From positions 1 through 64,000 of the IMG/VR virus record IMGVR_UViG_3300006674_000076: 64,000 nucleotides of DNA; one strand, 5' to 3'. A model generated the notes under the pieces. That model had not been told where the DNA came from, searched no databases, and worked only from the letters and a program-made list of their open reading frames with translations. Below, piece by piece: positions 17,406-25,527 of the stretch. This stretch comes from an uncultured virus (IMG/VR IMGVR_UViG_3300006674_000076). Its lineage: Duplodnaviria; Heunggongvirae; Uroviricota; Caudoviricetes. Both the position numbers and the translations under genes were made by a program. Position 1 is the first letter of the stretch. Every line of letters starts with the position of its first letter.

Positions 17406-18625
17406 TGCCAAAAGCCAAAATACAGTTCATTCCACATGCTGGACAGCTTAAAGCTTGGAATTCCGAGAAGCGAATTGTCGCTGTAATAGCTGGTTCAGGC
17501 GGTGGGAAGTCCCTATTGGGCTCATTTTGGCTGTTAAGAGAGATACAGAAAGACCCAAGAGCCACTTTTATGGCTGTAGCACCGACATATTCAATGCTAA
17601 TTCGTAATTTGATGCCTTATATTCAGAATTTGCTTGAACCTTACGGTGCTTATTATAGAACTAACGAAAAAGTGTGGTATTTGCCAGAAGGCGGACGTGT
17701 AATAATGGGTTCTGCTGATAATCCACTGTCTTTAGAAGGCGCACACGTTAAAGCTGTATGGCTTGATGAAGCTGGACAGATGGACGCTTTAGTTTGGGAC
17801 GTTGTTAGAAGAAGAACTGCTTTTCATAGAGGTAGGATTTTGATTACAACTACTCCATACTTTTGGAACTGGATTAAAACTGATGTATACGATAAATGGG
17901 CTTCAGGNGAAGATGATGAAATAGACGTAATTACATTTGATTCAAAGACAAATCCTTATTTCCCAGTAGAAGAGTTTGAACGTTTACGAGCCACAATGCC
18001 AGATTGGAAGTTTAAGATGTTTTACGAGGCGCAATGGGCAAGACCGTCAGGCTTGGTTTATGCTGATTTCAGGGAGGACGTGAATTTATGTCAGCCGTTT
18101 GATGTGCTACCAAGCTGGCGTAGATACATAGGTGTAGACTTCGGATTTAATAACCCAAGTGCGGCTGTTTGGATTGCAGTAGACCCAGAAACTGAAATAT
18201 GGTATGTATATCGTGAATATAAGAAAAAAGGCAAAACAGCGCAGGAATTAGCTAACGAAATATCTAATCTTTCCAGCGATGAGTTTATATATAAGATTTA
18301 CGGAGACCCATCTTCTCCACAATCTTTGAAAGAATTGAGAAAATACTTCCAAGGAGCTGTAGTGCCAGCCGAAAATAAGGTTTTAGATGGCATAGGCTCT
18401 GTTATTGTTAAAATGCGAAGCGGTAATTTGAAAATATTCAGTAATCTAACGGAAATACAAGATGAATTAAAATCTTATAGATGGAAAATGTCAGATGAAA
18501 TGATTTTCGATGAGCCGATAAAAGAGAATGACCACTTATTAGACGCTATGCGATACGTTATTTACAGCACAAGCAAATCACAAGGCGTAAGAAAAGTTCC
18601 AGTCCCAAAACCTGTGGGGTGGTGA
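17405..18625 (+). CDS. terL: terminase large subunit
   Basis: AGSGGGKS, WLDEAG, ITTTP, GVDFGFNNP, DHLLDAMRY. Confidence 0.93.
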   Translation: MPKAKIQFIPHAGQLKAWNSEKRIVAVIAGSGGGKSLLGSFWLLREIQKDPRATFMAVAPTYSMLIRNLMPYIQNLLEPYGAYYRTNEKVWYLPEGGRVIMGSADNPLSLEGAHVKAVWLDEAGQMDALVWDVVRRRTAFHRGRILITTTPYFWNWIKTDVYDKWASXEDDEIDVITFDSKTNPYFPVEEFERLRATMPDWKFKMFYEAQWARPSGLVYADFREDVNLCQPFDVLPSWRRYIGVDFGFNNPSAAVWIAVDPETEIWYVYREYKKKGKTAQELANEISNLSSDEFIYKIYGDPSSPQSLKELRKYFQGAVVPAENKVLDGIGSVIVKMRSGNLKIFSNLTEIQDELKSYRWKMSDEMIFDEPIKENDHLLDAMRYVIYSTSKSQGVRKVPVPKPVGW

Positions 18626-18626
18626 A

Positions 18627-20066
18627 ATGATAACAAGTTTAGACAGCATAAGACAAGGACAATCCTTCCCTCCATTCTCGGAAATGCCGAGATTAGATAG
18701 ATACCGTGTAAATAAGCAACTATTTGACAATAAGCCACAAGCAGTTTGGGTAGATTTGGTTAGAAGGCTAGAGGGAGACCAAGGCGCAAGCTTATTGCTT
18801 GCCTTGAATTATCCACAAAGGATTTCTAAACTATGGGCTGACATGTTATTCGGTGAAACGCCGAGAATTACGGTATATCCAGAAACTCCCGAAAATAATA
18901 CCGATATTGCTCAAATGTTGTTGGCATCAGACTTTTGGAATGTGTCTTATCAAGTTGCGTTAGACGTATCACGCTATGGAACTGGAATATATAAGTTGTG
19001 GCTTGATGGAACTCCTAAATTCCAAGCTATACCACCACACATGTGGTTCCCAGTAGTTAATCCAAACGATATAAATAGTGTCTACGCTCATATTATCGCT
19101 TGGATATCAAAAGGTGGAGAATTGTATGGCTACGGCTCAGATGAAGTTTTGCTAATGGAAATACACACTGCAGGTAAAATAGAATACAGAGCACACAAGA
19201 TGCAAGGTGGATTTATCGGAGAAGACATCACAGAGCTTGTATTTGATAAAAGAGAAGAAGAAACTGGCGTTGATATCCCACTTATATTTCCAGTGCATAA
19301 TATAAATGCTTCAGACACTCCTATTGGACAAGATGATTATGAAGCCATAGAACCGATACTGTATGAGTTAGACCAAAGATTATCGCAGATATCAAGAATA
19401 TTAAATAAGCATTCAGACCCGCACATGGCTGGACCTGAAACAGCACTTGAACAAGACGAAATGGGACGTTATGTATTCAGAGGTGGAGCGAAATACTTCC
19501 CACTTGAGCCTGGAGACCCGATACCACAATATATTACTTGGGACGGTCAACTGAGAGCGGCATTTGATGAAATACAGTTTTTGGTAGAGCAGTTGTTTGT
19601 CATATCTGAAGTGTCTCCAGTATTGTTTGGCATAACTCAAGGTTCATTGAGAACTGGTGCTGGGCTAAGGAAAGAGCTTATAGCTCCGATATCTAAGTCA
19701 AACAGATTGAGAATGCGCTTTGACCCAGTGATTAGAAATATGCTGTTAACTGCGGGCACTTTATGGAAAAAGGATTGGAAAGAGATTAATATTAGCTGGC
19801 AGGAAGGATTGCCAGTTAATGACCTTGAGCAGGCTCAGATTTACACGATGCTGTATAACGCTGGATTAGTGTCTCAAGAAACTGCGGTAAAGAAATTGTT
19901 TGCATTGGACAGCCAGACATTGAATGAAGAGCTTAGCAGAATTAATGAAAACGCAACAATTAAGAATGAGAAAACTAAGACGCTTATTGATAACAAATAT
20001 GGAGTAGCAGCTGAAAGTTCATTGAATGCAATTCAAGGAGACGGAACGTTAAACAAGGAACTGTAA
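18627..20066 (+). CDS. portal protein (SPP1 gp6-like)
   Basis: 479 aa after TerL; late SQETAVK motif. Confidence 0.85.
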   Translation: MITSLDSIRQGQSFPPFSEMPRLDRYRVNKQLFDNKPQAVWVDLVRRLEGDQGASLLLALNYPQRISKLWADMLFGETPRITVYPETPENNTDIAQMLLASDFWNVSYQVALDVSRYGTGIYKLWLDGTPKFQAIPPHMWFPVVNPNDINSVYAHIIAWISKGGELYGYGSDEVLLMEIHTAGKIEYRAHKMQGGFIGEDITELVFDKREEETGVDIPLIFPVHNINASDTPIGQDDYEAIEPILYELDQRLSQISRILNKHSDPHMAGPETALEQDEMGRYVFRGGAKYFPLEPGDPIPQYITWDGQLRAAFDEIQFLVEQLFVISEVSPVLFGITQGSLRTGAGLRKELIAPISKSNRLRMRFDPVIRNMLLTAGTLWKKDWKEINISWQEGLPVNDLEQAQIYTMLYNAGLVSQETAVKKLFALDSQTLNEELSRINENATIKNEKTKTLIDNKYGVAAESSLNAIQGDGTLNKEL

Positions 20067-20186
20067 ATGCCAAGGCGAAATCGTAGAAAGCATGAAAATT
20101 ACGATTTAGAATTTAATAAATTAAAAAGAAAGGAGAAATATCACAAAAAGAGGTGTAAGAAGCATGGCAGAAAGAGTAAGTCATAA
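20067..20186 (+). CDS. 39-aa highly basic peptide (not in ORF track)
   Basis: MPRRNRRKHENYDLEFNKLKRKEKYHKKRCKKHGRKSKS; conserved with synonymous changes at 59461..59583. Confidence 0.7.
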   Translation: MPRRNRRKHENYDLEFNKLKRKEKYHKKRCKKHGRKSKS

Positions 20187-20475
20187 ACCGTGGGGAAGTT
20201 TTTCAGAAAGTGATTATACGTTAGAACAATTAGCCAGAGCATCGTTGATTCACATGAAAGAACCGCCAGAAACAAAAGCTGATTGCAAATTACCAATTAG
20301 AGAGCCGAATGGCACGTTGAATGCGAACGCTATTGTAGCGGCGGCTATTAGAATACATCAAACAGACGCACCAATGGAAAAGAAAAGAAAGGCGGCAAGA
20401 AAGTTGGTTTCTCTTTATAGAAACGTTCTAAAAAGGGAACCACCAGAGAGCCTGTTACGTTTAGCGGGCATGTGA
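20164..20475 (+). CDS. conserved head-module protein of unknown function
   Basis: Highly similar protein at 59567..59878. Confidence 0.75.
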   Translation: MAERVSHKPWGSFSESDYTLEQLARASLIHMKEPPETKADCKLPIREPNGTLNANAIVAAAIRIHQTDAPMEKKRKAARKLVSLYRNVLKREPPESLLRLAGM

Positions 20476-20538
20476 TATAATTATAACAGGTAACAAAATA
20501 CACGCTGACAACGAGCGGTTAATCCGTTGGAAGGAGGT
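20473..20538 (+). promoter_or_regulatory. extended -10 promoter and conserved structured leader of scaffold gene
   Basis: TGA-TATAAT; ACGCTGACAACGAGCGG..CGTTGGAAGGAGGT also at 59915-59950. Confidence 0.6.
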
Positions 20539-20547
20539 AATAAATTC

Positions 20548-21144
20548 ATGGACGAGAAGAAAGAAATACTAAATCAAGGTGATGAAAATGTTCAGGAACA
20601 GATGCAAGAGCAAGGGCAGGAAAAAGGGCAGGTAGAGAGAACCTTCACCCAAGAAGAGCTTGAAAAAATAATTGCAGATAGACTTGAACGTGAAAGACGG
20701 AAATATAAAGATTACGATGAATTAAAAAAGATAGCAGAAGAGTATAAGCAAATCAAAGAAGCTCAGATGACAGAACAAGAAAAACTTGAGATGCGGTTAG
20801 CGGAACTTGAACGTGCTGTGTTAGAGAAAGAGCTTGAGGCGCAGGAAGCCACGATTGAGAAAACGAAGATGAAAGTAGCAATGGAATTAGGCTTACCTGC
20901 GGACTCTCTGGATTTCATCTCTGGTTCTACAGAGGAAGAAATCAGAGAGGCGGCTACCAAGTTTAAGAATTTAATTGGTAGCAATGCGGTAAAAGTAGGG
21001 CAACCCTCAGCTCCAGCATCTGCGCAGACAGGGTCAAAGATATGGACACGTAGCGAAATAGAAAACATGACACGTGAGGAAATGATACAATACCGAGATG
21101 AAATTCAGCAAGCCATGAAAGAAGGAAGAATTATTGATAAGTAG
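20548..21144 (+). CDS. capsid scaffolding protein
   Basis: TFTQEELEKIIADRLERER coiled coil, immediately before capsid gene. Confidence 0.8.
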   Translation: MDEKKEILNQGDENVQEQMQEQGQEKGQVERTFTQEELEKIIADRLERERRKYKDYDELKKIAEEYKQIKEAQMTEQEKLEMRLAELERAVLEKELEAQEATIEKTKMKVAMELGLPADSLDFISGSTEEEIREAATKFKNLIGSNAVKVGQPSAPASAQTGSKIWTRSEIENMTREEMIQYRDEIQQAMKEGRIIDK

Positions 21145-21161
21145 TGAGGTGAAATATTAGT

Positions 21162-22088
21162 ATGGCAAAATATCAAACAGATGACAACTATAAGTTAACA
21201 TTTGGAACTCCAGCGTCAACTATAATTCCAACATTTTGGAGTTCTGTGCTGCTGGAGGATTTACGTAAGGAGCTTGTGTTTGGATCGCTAACAAACGCCC
21301 GATACATCGGACAGGTAAGGTATGGGCAAACGTTGAAGGTATTTAGCGTATCAGACACAAAGATAACCGACTACTCTCCAGATACTGGATTTCCTTCTGG
21401 TTGGGAACCAGATAGAGCCAGAACCAAAGAAGAGATGACCCTCACCATTGACCAAGCCAAAGCCTTCCAATTCTTCATTGAAGATTTAGAAGACAGAGCC
21501 GTATTAGTGGACTTGATGTCAAGCATTATGCGCGAAACAACGTATTCTCTAAGGGACGTAGTTGACCAGTACATTGCTAGTAAGTTTGAAGAAGGAGCAA
21601 CTCCAGTGTTTACTGGCGCTGGTGGTGTAGAAGTTGTGAAAACACTGAATTCAAATTATACACTGTATGATTTGCTAGTTGATATAGATACGTTGATGAA
21701 CAAAAACAATGTGCCACAGAGTGGTAGATGGGTAGTAGTTTCACCTGAAGTACGGGCTCTATTACTTAAGGATAGCAGGTTTATTGCTAACGCTTCGTCT
21801 CCACAGGCGTATATGAACTTAGTTAATGGCGAAGTTGGACAAGCTGCTGGCTTTACGATAAAAATGAGCAACAATATACCAGACACTCCAGACGCTAGCG
21901 CTAATTTCAGGTTCTATGCTGGCACTAATGACGCATTGGCATTTAAATATGATGTAGAGAAGATTGAAACATATAGACCAGAGAATAGATTTGCTGATGC
22001 TGTAAAAGGGCTGTTTGTATTCGGGGCTAAACTAATCAGACCAGTCTGCGCCTACAAAGTAAAAGTAACTTTACCATCTGGAACTTAG
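21162..22088 (+). CDS. major capsid protein
   Basis: IPTFWS..LL, LTIDQAKAF, NVP..GRW.VV.P, FADAVKGL.V.GAK; 308 aa. Confidence 0.85.
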   Translation: MAKYQTDDNYKLTFGTPASTIIPTFWSSVLLEDLRKELVFGSLTNARYIGQVRYGQTLKVFSVSDTKITDYSPDTGFPSGWEPDRARTKEEMTLTIDQAKAFQFFIEDLEDRAVLVDLMSSIMRETTYSLRDVVDQYIASKFEEGATPVFTGAGGVEVVKTLNSNYTLYDLLVDIDTLMNKNNVPQSGRWVVVSPEVRALLLKDSRFIANASSPQAYMNLVNGEVGQAAGFTIKMSNNIPDTPDASANFRFYAGTNDALAFKYDVEKIETYRPENRFADAVKGLFVFGAKLIRPVCAYKVKVTLPSGT

Positions 22089-22106
22089 TAGAAATAACAA
22101 AAAGAT

Positions 22107-22134
22107 GCTGGGGAAGGGAAACCCCTTCCCCAGC
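22107..22134 (+). terminator. hairpin after capsid gene
   Basis: GCTGGGGAAGGG-AAAC-CCCTTCCCCAGC. Confidence 0.7.
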
Positions 22135-22150
22135 AGTTTAGGAGGTATAC

Positions 22151-22375
22151 ATGGCGGTTTTGTATGATAAAAAGAACAAGCACTACGTTTACGTTGAAGA
22201 TGAAGAAGCCAAGAAACTGCTTCGTGCTTATGATTGGTTGGAGGTGATGAGATGGGACTTGAAGTCGGACAAGACAGCTACGTTACAGTCGAATACGCAG
22301 ACGAATACTTCAGAGCAAGAGACTTCGACGGAACAGACATCTGGAAAGACCTCACGAAAGAACAAAAGGAAATAA
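22151..22375 (+). CDS. small protein overlapping head-tail adaptor gene
   Basis: AGGAGGT RBS; conserved at 61616..61846. Confidence 0.7.
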   Translation: MAVLYDKKNKHYVYVEDEEAKKLLRAYDWLEVMRWDLKSDKTATLQSNTQTNTSEQETSTEQTSGKTSRKNKRK

Positions 22376-22827
22376 TTCTTAAACAAGCGGCGGCTCTTAT
22401 TGATACTTTGGTATTTAAAGGTGCTAAGAAAGACCCATCTCAGCCAATGTGTTTCCCCAGAGTTCTTATTGTAAAGCACGGAGTAGAATTTGCAAAAGAG
22501 CTTTATGATGTGAGTTCAGCTTCTGAAGTTGTGGCACGAATGTATCCGCAAGAGCCATTCTATTATAAGGTTGGAGACAATGAATACATTGATATTGGCA
22601 CTCCAGAAATAGTTAAATTGGCTCAATGCGAACAAGCTAAATATTTGATGGAAATAGCCAATGACCCAAGGATAAAAGCGATAATGTCTGGAGTAACTTC
22701 TGTAACCGTTGGCTCTGTAAGAGAAACGTATGATACTGACAAAGCAACGGCTAAAACAGCGGTTATATCTCCCATGGCAAAGTCTTTGCTGAAGCCTCTG
22801 TTGGCTGGAGCAGTAGGACAGATATGA
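22252..22827 (+). CDS. head-tail adaptor/connector
   Basis: SYVTVEYADEYF..Q...FPR..P..VK.AQCE.A; position. Confidence 0.7.
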   Translation: MGLEVGQDSYVTVEYADEYFRARDFDGTDIWKDLTKEQKEIILKQAAALIDTLVFKGAKKDPSQPMCFPRVLIVKHGVEFAKELYDVSSASEVVARMYPQEPFYYKVGDNEYIDIGTPEIVKLAQCEQAKYLMEIANDPRIKAIMSGVTSVTVGSVRETYDTDKATAKTAVISPMAKSLLKPLLAGAVGQI

Positions 22828-23138
22828 GCATTGTAGACAAATACTTAACGCAGACAGCTTACGTGTTAGAGCAGTTAGGAACTAACAGATACGGTGAATA
22901 TGAAACTGTTAGTAAACCGATTAAGTGCAGGTTAGAGATGTCACAAAGATACTTGGGAGAGATAACCAGAGCTTTAATGATAACCGAATACCAAGCTAAA
23001 GCGTTAATGTTTTGTAAAGAACCAGTAACTCTCGGGCAAAAAGTAATGTATAAAGGTAATGAATACACAGCGATACAGGTTAACGAAATAATCAATATTG
23101 ACGGCTCTCTATCTCATTATGAGGTAATATTAGGGTGA
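22824..23138 (+). CDS. putative head-closure protein
   Basis: Position and size; nearly identical copy at 62289. Confidence 0.6.
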   Translation: MSIVDKYLTQTAYVLEQLGTNRYGEYETVSKPIKCRLEMSQRYLGEITRALMITEYQAKALMFCKEPVTLGQKVMYKGNEYTAIQVNEIINIDGSLSHYEVILG

Positions 23139-23545
23139 GAAAAGTAAAGATAAAAATATCTAAGACTGACCCGTGGATTTCTAAAGCTGAAGAATACCAA
23201 GAAATACTTGAAGATGCTTTCATTAAAGACGGCGTAATCATTAACCTTAGAAAGAAAAGCGTAGATGCATTCTACTATGCTAAAGAAGTGCTTGCACCAG
23301 AAGATACTGGCAATTTAAGAAGCACGATGCAGTTGAGTGAAAGCTCATCTTCAGATAAGATTACTTTTACATTCTCGGTATCTGCGTTTGACTTTGACGA
23401 AGGAGTGGCTTACGGCAGATTACACGAATTAGTGCATGATGGCGTTTATAGATATCACAAAGAAGGAACGATGAACCAATACATGCTTAGAGCAATCAAT
23501 AAGAAATTTGGCACCAACTTTAAGCACTACACTTCAGCTTTCTAA
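23135..23545 (+). CDS. HK97 gp10-like neck protein
   Basis: AP.DTGNLRS and Y...HE motifs. Confidence 0.7.
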   Translation: MRKVKIKISKTDPWISKAEEYQEILEDAFIKDGVIINLRKKSVDAFYYAKEVLAPEDTGNLRSTMQLSESSSSDKITFTFSVSAFDFDEGVAYGRLHELVHDGVYRYHKEGTMNQYMLRAINKKFGTNFKHYTSAF

Positions 23546-23560
23546 GAGAGGGAATGAGAT

Positions 23561-23950
23561 ATGTTAGCGGCAGAAACAGTGTATGACCTTGTAGCAGAAG
23601 CAATAAACGGAAGGTGTGAGCTGTTTGTCGGCACACCACCTTTTAATTTAGATGACTTGGTAGCACTTTACGATACTGGTATTGGAGATGGAGCTGAAGT
23701 TAACGGTTCAACGATGGAAAAAGCAATCATCATGGTAGTTGTCCGTTCTAAAAGATATGCTGATGGCTCTGCCATAATTGAAGATATTTATAAGCATCTC
23801 AACGATGTAAACAAAGATGGGTATGAATACAAAGATGGTGCATATATTATAATGATAAGAGCATCAAGACCTCCATCTTATGAAGGTTTAGATGCGAGGC
23901 AAAGGCACATATTTACGCAACAATTTAATGTAATGCGAGAGGTGAAATAA
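23561..23950 (+). CDS. putative tail terminator
   Basis: Position before tube gene; P.Y.G.D...R..F..F ending. Confidence 0.65.
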   Translation: MLAAETVYDLVAEAINGRCELFVGTPPFNLDDLVALYDTGIGDGAEVNGSTMEKAIIMVVVRSKRYADGSAIIEDIYKHLNDVNKDGYEYKDGAYIIMIRASRPPSYEGLDARQRHIFTQQFNVMREVK

Positions 23951-23953
23951 AGA

Positions 23954-24361
23954 ATGGCTATAAGCGGCGCATACGGAAAAATATTCGTTACAAAAGAAGG
24001 CGGTTCAAAAGTTAAAATCGCAGAGATGTCAAGGTGGACTTTGAACTTGGACGTTAACGATGTAGACGTAACTAACTTTGATACTGAAGGTTGGGTAGAA
24101 AGATTGACTACATTTAAAGATTGGACTGCTTCTTGTGAGGGCAATTTAGTAATTGGAGACCAAGGACAAATGAATTTGATACATGCTTACATAAACGGAG
24201 AACCAGTGACAATAGAGATGACTATTGGCAAACCCGACCAAGAACAGCTTGTAATATCTGGCAAAGCTTATATGAGTTTAACATTAGAAGCTTCTACAGA
24301 TAGTCAAGCAACGTTCTCTGCTGACTTCAACGGCATGGGTGCTTTGACAATTTCTCCATAA
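23954..24361 (+). CDS. major tail tube protein
   Basis: WTLNL..DVTNFD..GW......KDWTASCEG..FS.DF.G.G.L. Confidence 0.8.
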   Translation: MAISGAYGKIFVTKEGGSKVKIAEMSRWTLNLDVNDVDVTNFDTEGWVERLTTFKDWTASCEGNLVIGDQGQMNLIHAYINGEPVTIEMTIGKPDQEQLVISGKAYMSLTLEASTDSQATFSADFNGMGALTISP

Positions 24362-24365
24362 TAGC

Positions 24366-24758
24366 ATGATTACAGGTCTAATCGGTAGTGTTTGGTGTCT
24401 AAGCAAAATAGAAGATTTGACAAAACCGATAGACCGTGTTAAGGAGAGCCTGCCATTTTGTGGTGGGCTCTCCAATTGGCATTTTGAAATGATAATGAGT
24501 GAAGCTTTGGTTGATGGCTCTAAAAGTGTTACACCAGTTGGTTGGTTGTTAACATCAGATGGGTTTTGGGCAATGCAAAGATGGATTGATAATCCGTATG
24601 GTTACGCTTTTGTGGAATTAAACTTAAACTTAGAAGATGTGCAAACTGCGATATGCGGTTACGTTTTACTTCCACCTATTGATGTTGAAGAAGGAGTATT
24701 GACGTATCAAAGGTTACAATTCCAAACGCTTGGAATACCATTTTTCATAAAAAAGTAA
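24366..24758 (+). CDS. tail protein, possible diverged tube paralog
   Basis: Colinear weak similarity to 23954 ORF. Confidence 0.5.
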   Translation: MITGLIGSVWCLSKIEDLTKPIDRVKESLPFCGGLSNWHFEMIMSEALVDGSKSVTPVGWLLTSDGFWAMQRWIDNPYGYAFVELNLNLEDVQTAICGYVLLPPIDVEEGVLTYQRLQFQTLGIPFFIKK

Positions 24759-24772
24759 TGGAGGTGCAATGA

Positions 24773-25093
24773 ATGAGTGACAGTAAAATAAGGATTGAAA
24801 ATGGAGTTAGGGTGGCAGATGTCTTTGTAGGCGACAAGTCTTACGTTGTTAAAGCTAAAAAAGTTAAAGAGCTAAGAGAGATTATGCAGAAGATAACCAA
24901 GGATAAAAACTTGCAGACTGAAGGAGATGCCGTAGAAAACATTGACAAACTGGTTAAGATGTGCAAGCTAATGTTCCCAGAGATTAACCCAGACGATATA
25001 GACAATGCATACATGTCACAGCTTGTGGAATTAACTAATCTGTGGCAAGAGCTAAATTTTTCAGAGCTGGAAATGGAGGGGAGCTCTACATAG
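24773..25093 (+). CDS. tail assembly chaperone (gpG-like)
   Basis: Between tube and tape measure; slippery A AAT TTT at 25054-25060. Confidence 0.75.
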   Translation: MSDSKIRIENGVRVADVFVGDKSYVVKAKKVKELREIMQKITKDKNLQTEGDAVENIDKLVKMCKLMFPEINPDDIDNAYMSQLVELTNLWQELNFSELEMEGSST

Positions 25094-25527
25094 TTAATCC
25101 AATAGCCATGTCACTATCCTTGGGACTTGCTATTGAAACTGATAACAAGGGAGACATGCTAAAAGTGTTCTTCCCTTCAACGTTCTTGATTGACATTTTG
25201 CAGTATCTAAACATAACTCCATTCCAGCTTGAAGAGATGTATATGAACGATTTACTGTTTTGGGCTAAGCTCGTTGCTGAGAAGAAGAGAGAAGATATGC
25301 TAGAAGAATACCAGAATAAATGGGGAGTGCTTATATCTTCAGTGATAAATACTGGATACAATATTGTCAGGGCTTGGGGAGCGAAAATACACACAAGCAT
25401 ATCTCCAGATGATATTTATCCGTTCATAAAAGACTTAAGGTTTAGCGAAGATGAGAGAAAGAAGCTTGAGCAAAGGACAGTGGAATCAGCCGTGGAGCTC
25501 GGCATACCTGCTCCGAAGGTGAAGTAA
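25042..25527 (+). CDS. tail assembly chaperone -1 frameshift extension (gpGT-like)
   Basis: Overlapping ORF in -1 frame ending at tape measure start. Confidence 0.7.
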   Translation: MARAKFFRAGNGGELYIVNPIAMSLSLGLAIETDNKGDMLKVFFPSTFLIDILQYLNITPFQLEEMYMNDLLFWAKLVAEKKREDMLEEYQNKWGVLISSVINTGYNIVRAWGAKIHTSISPDDIYPFIKDLRFSEDERKKLEQRTVESAVELGIPAPKVK

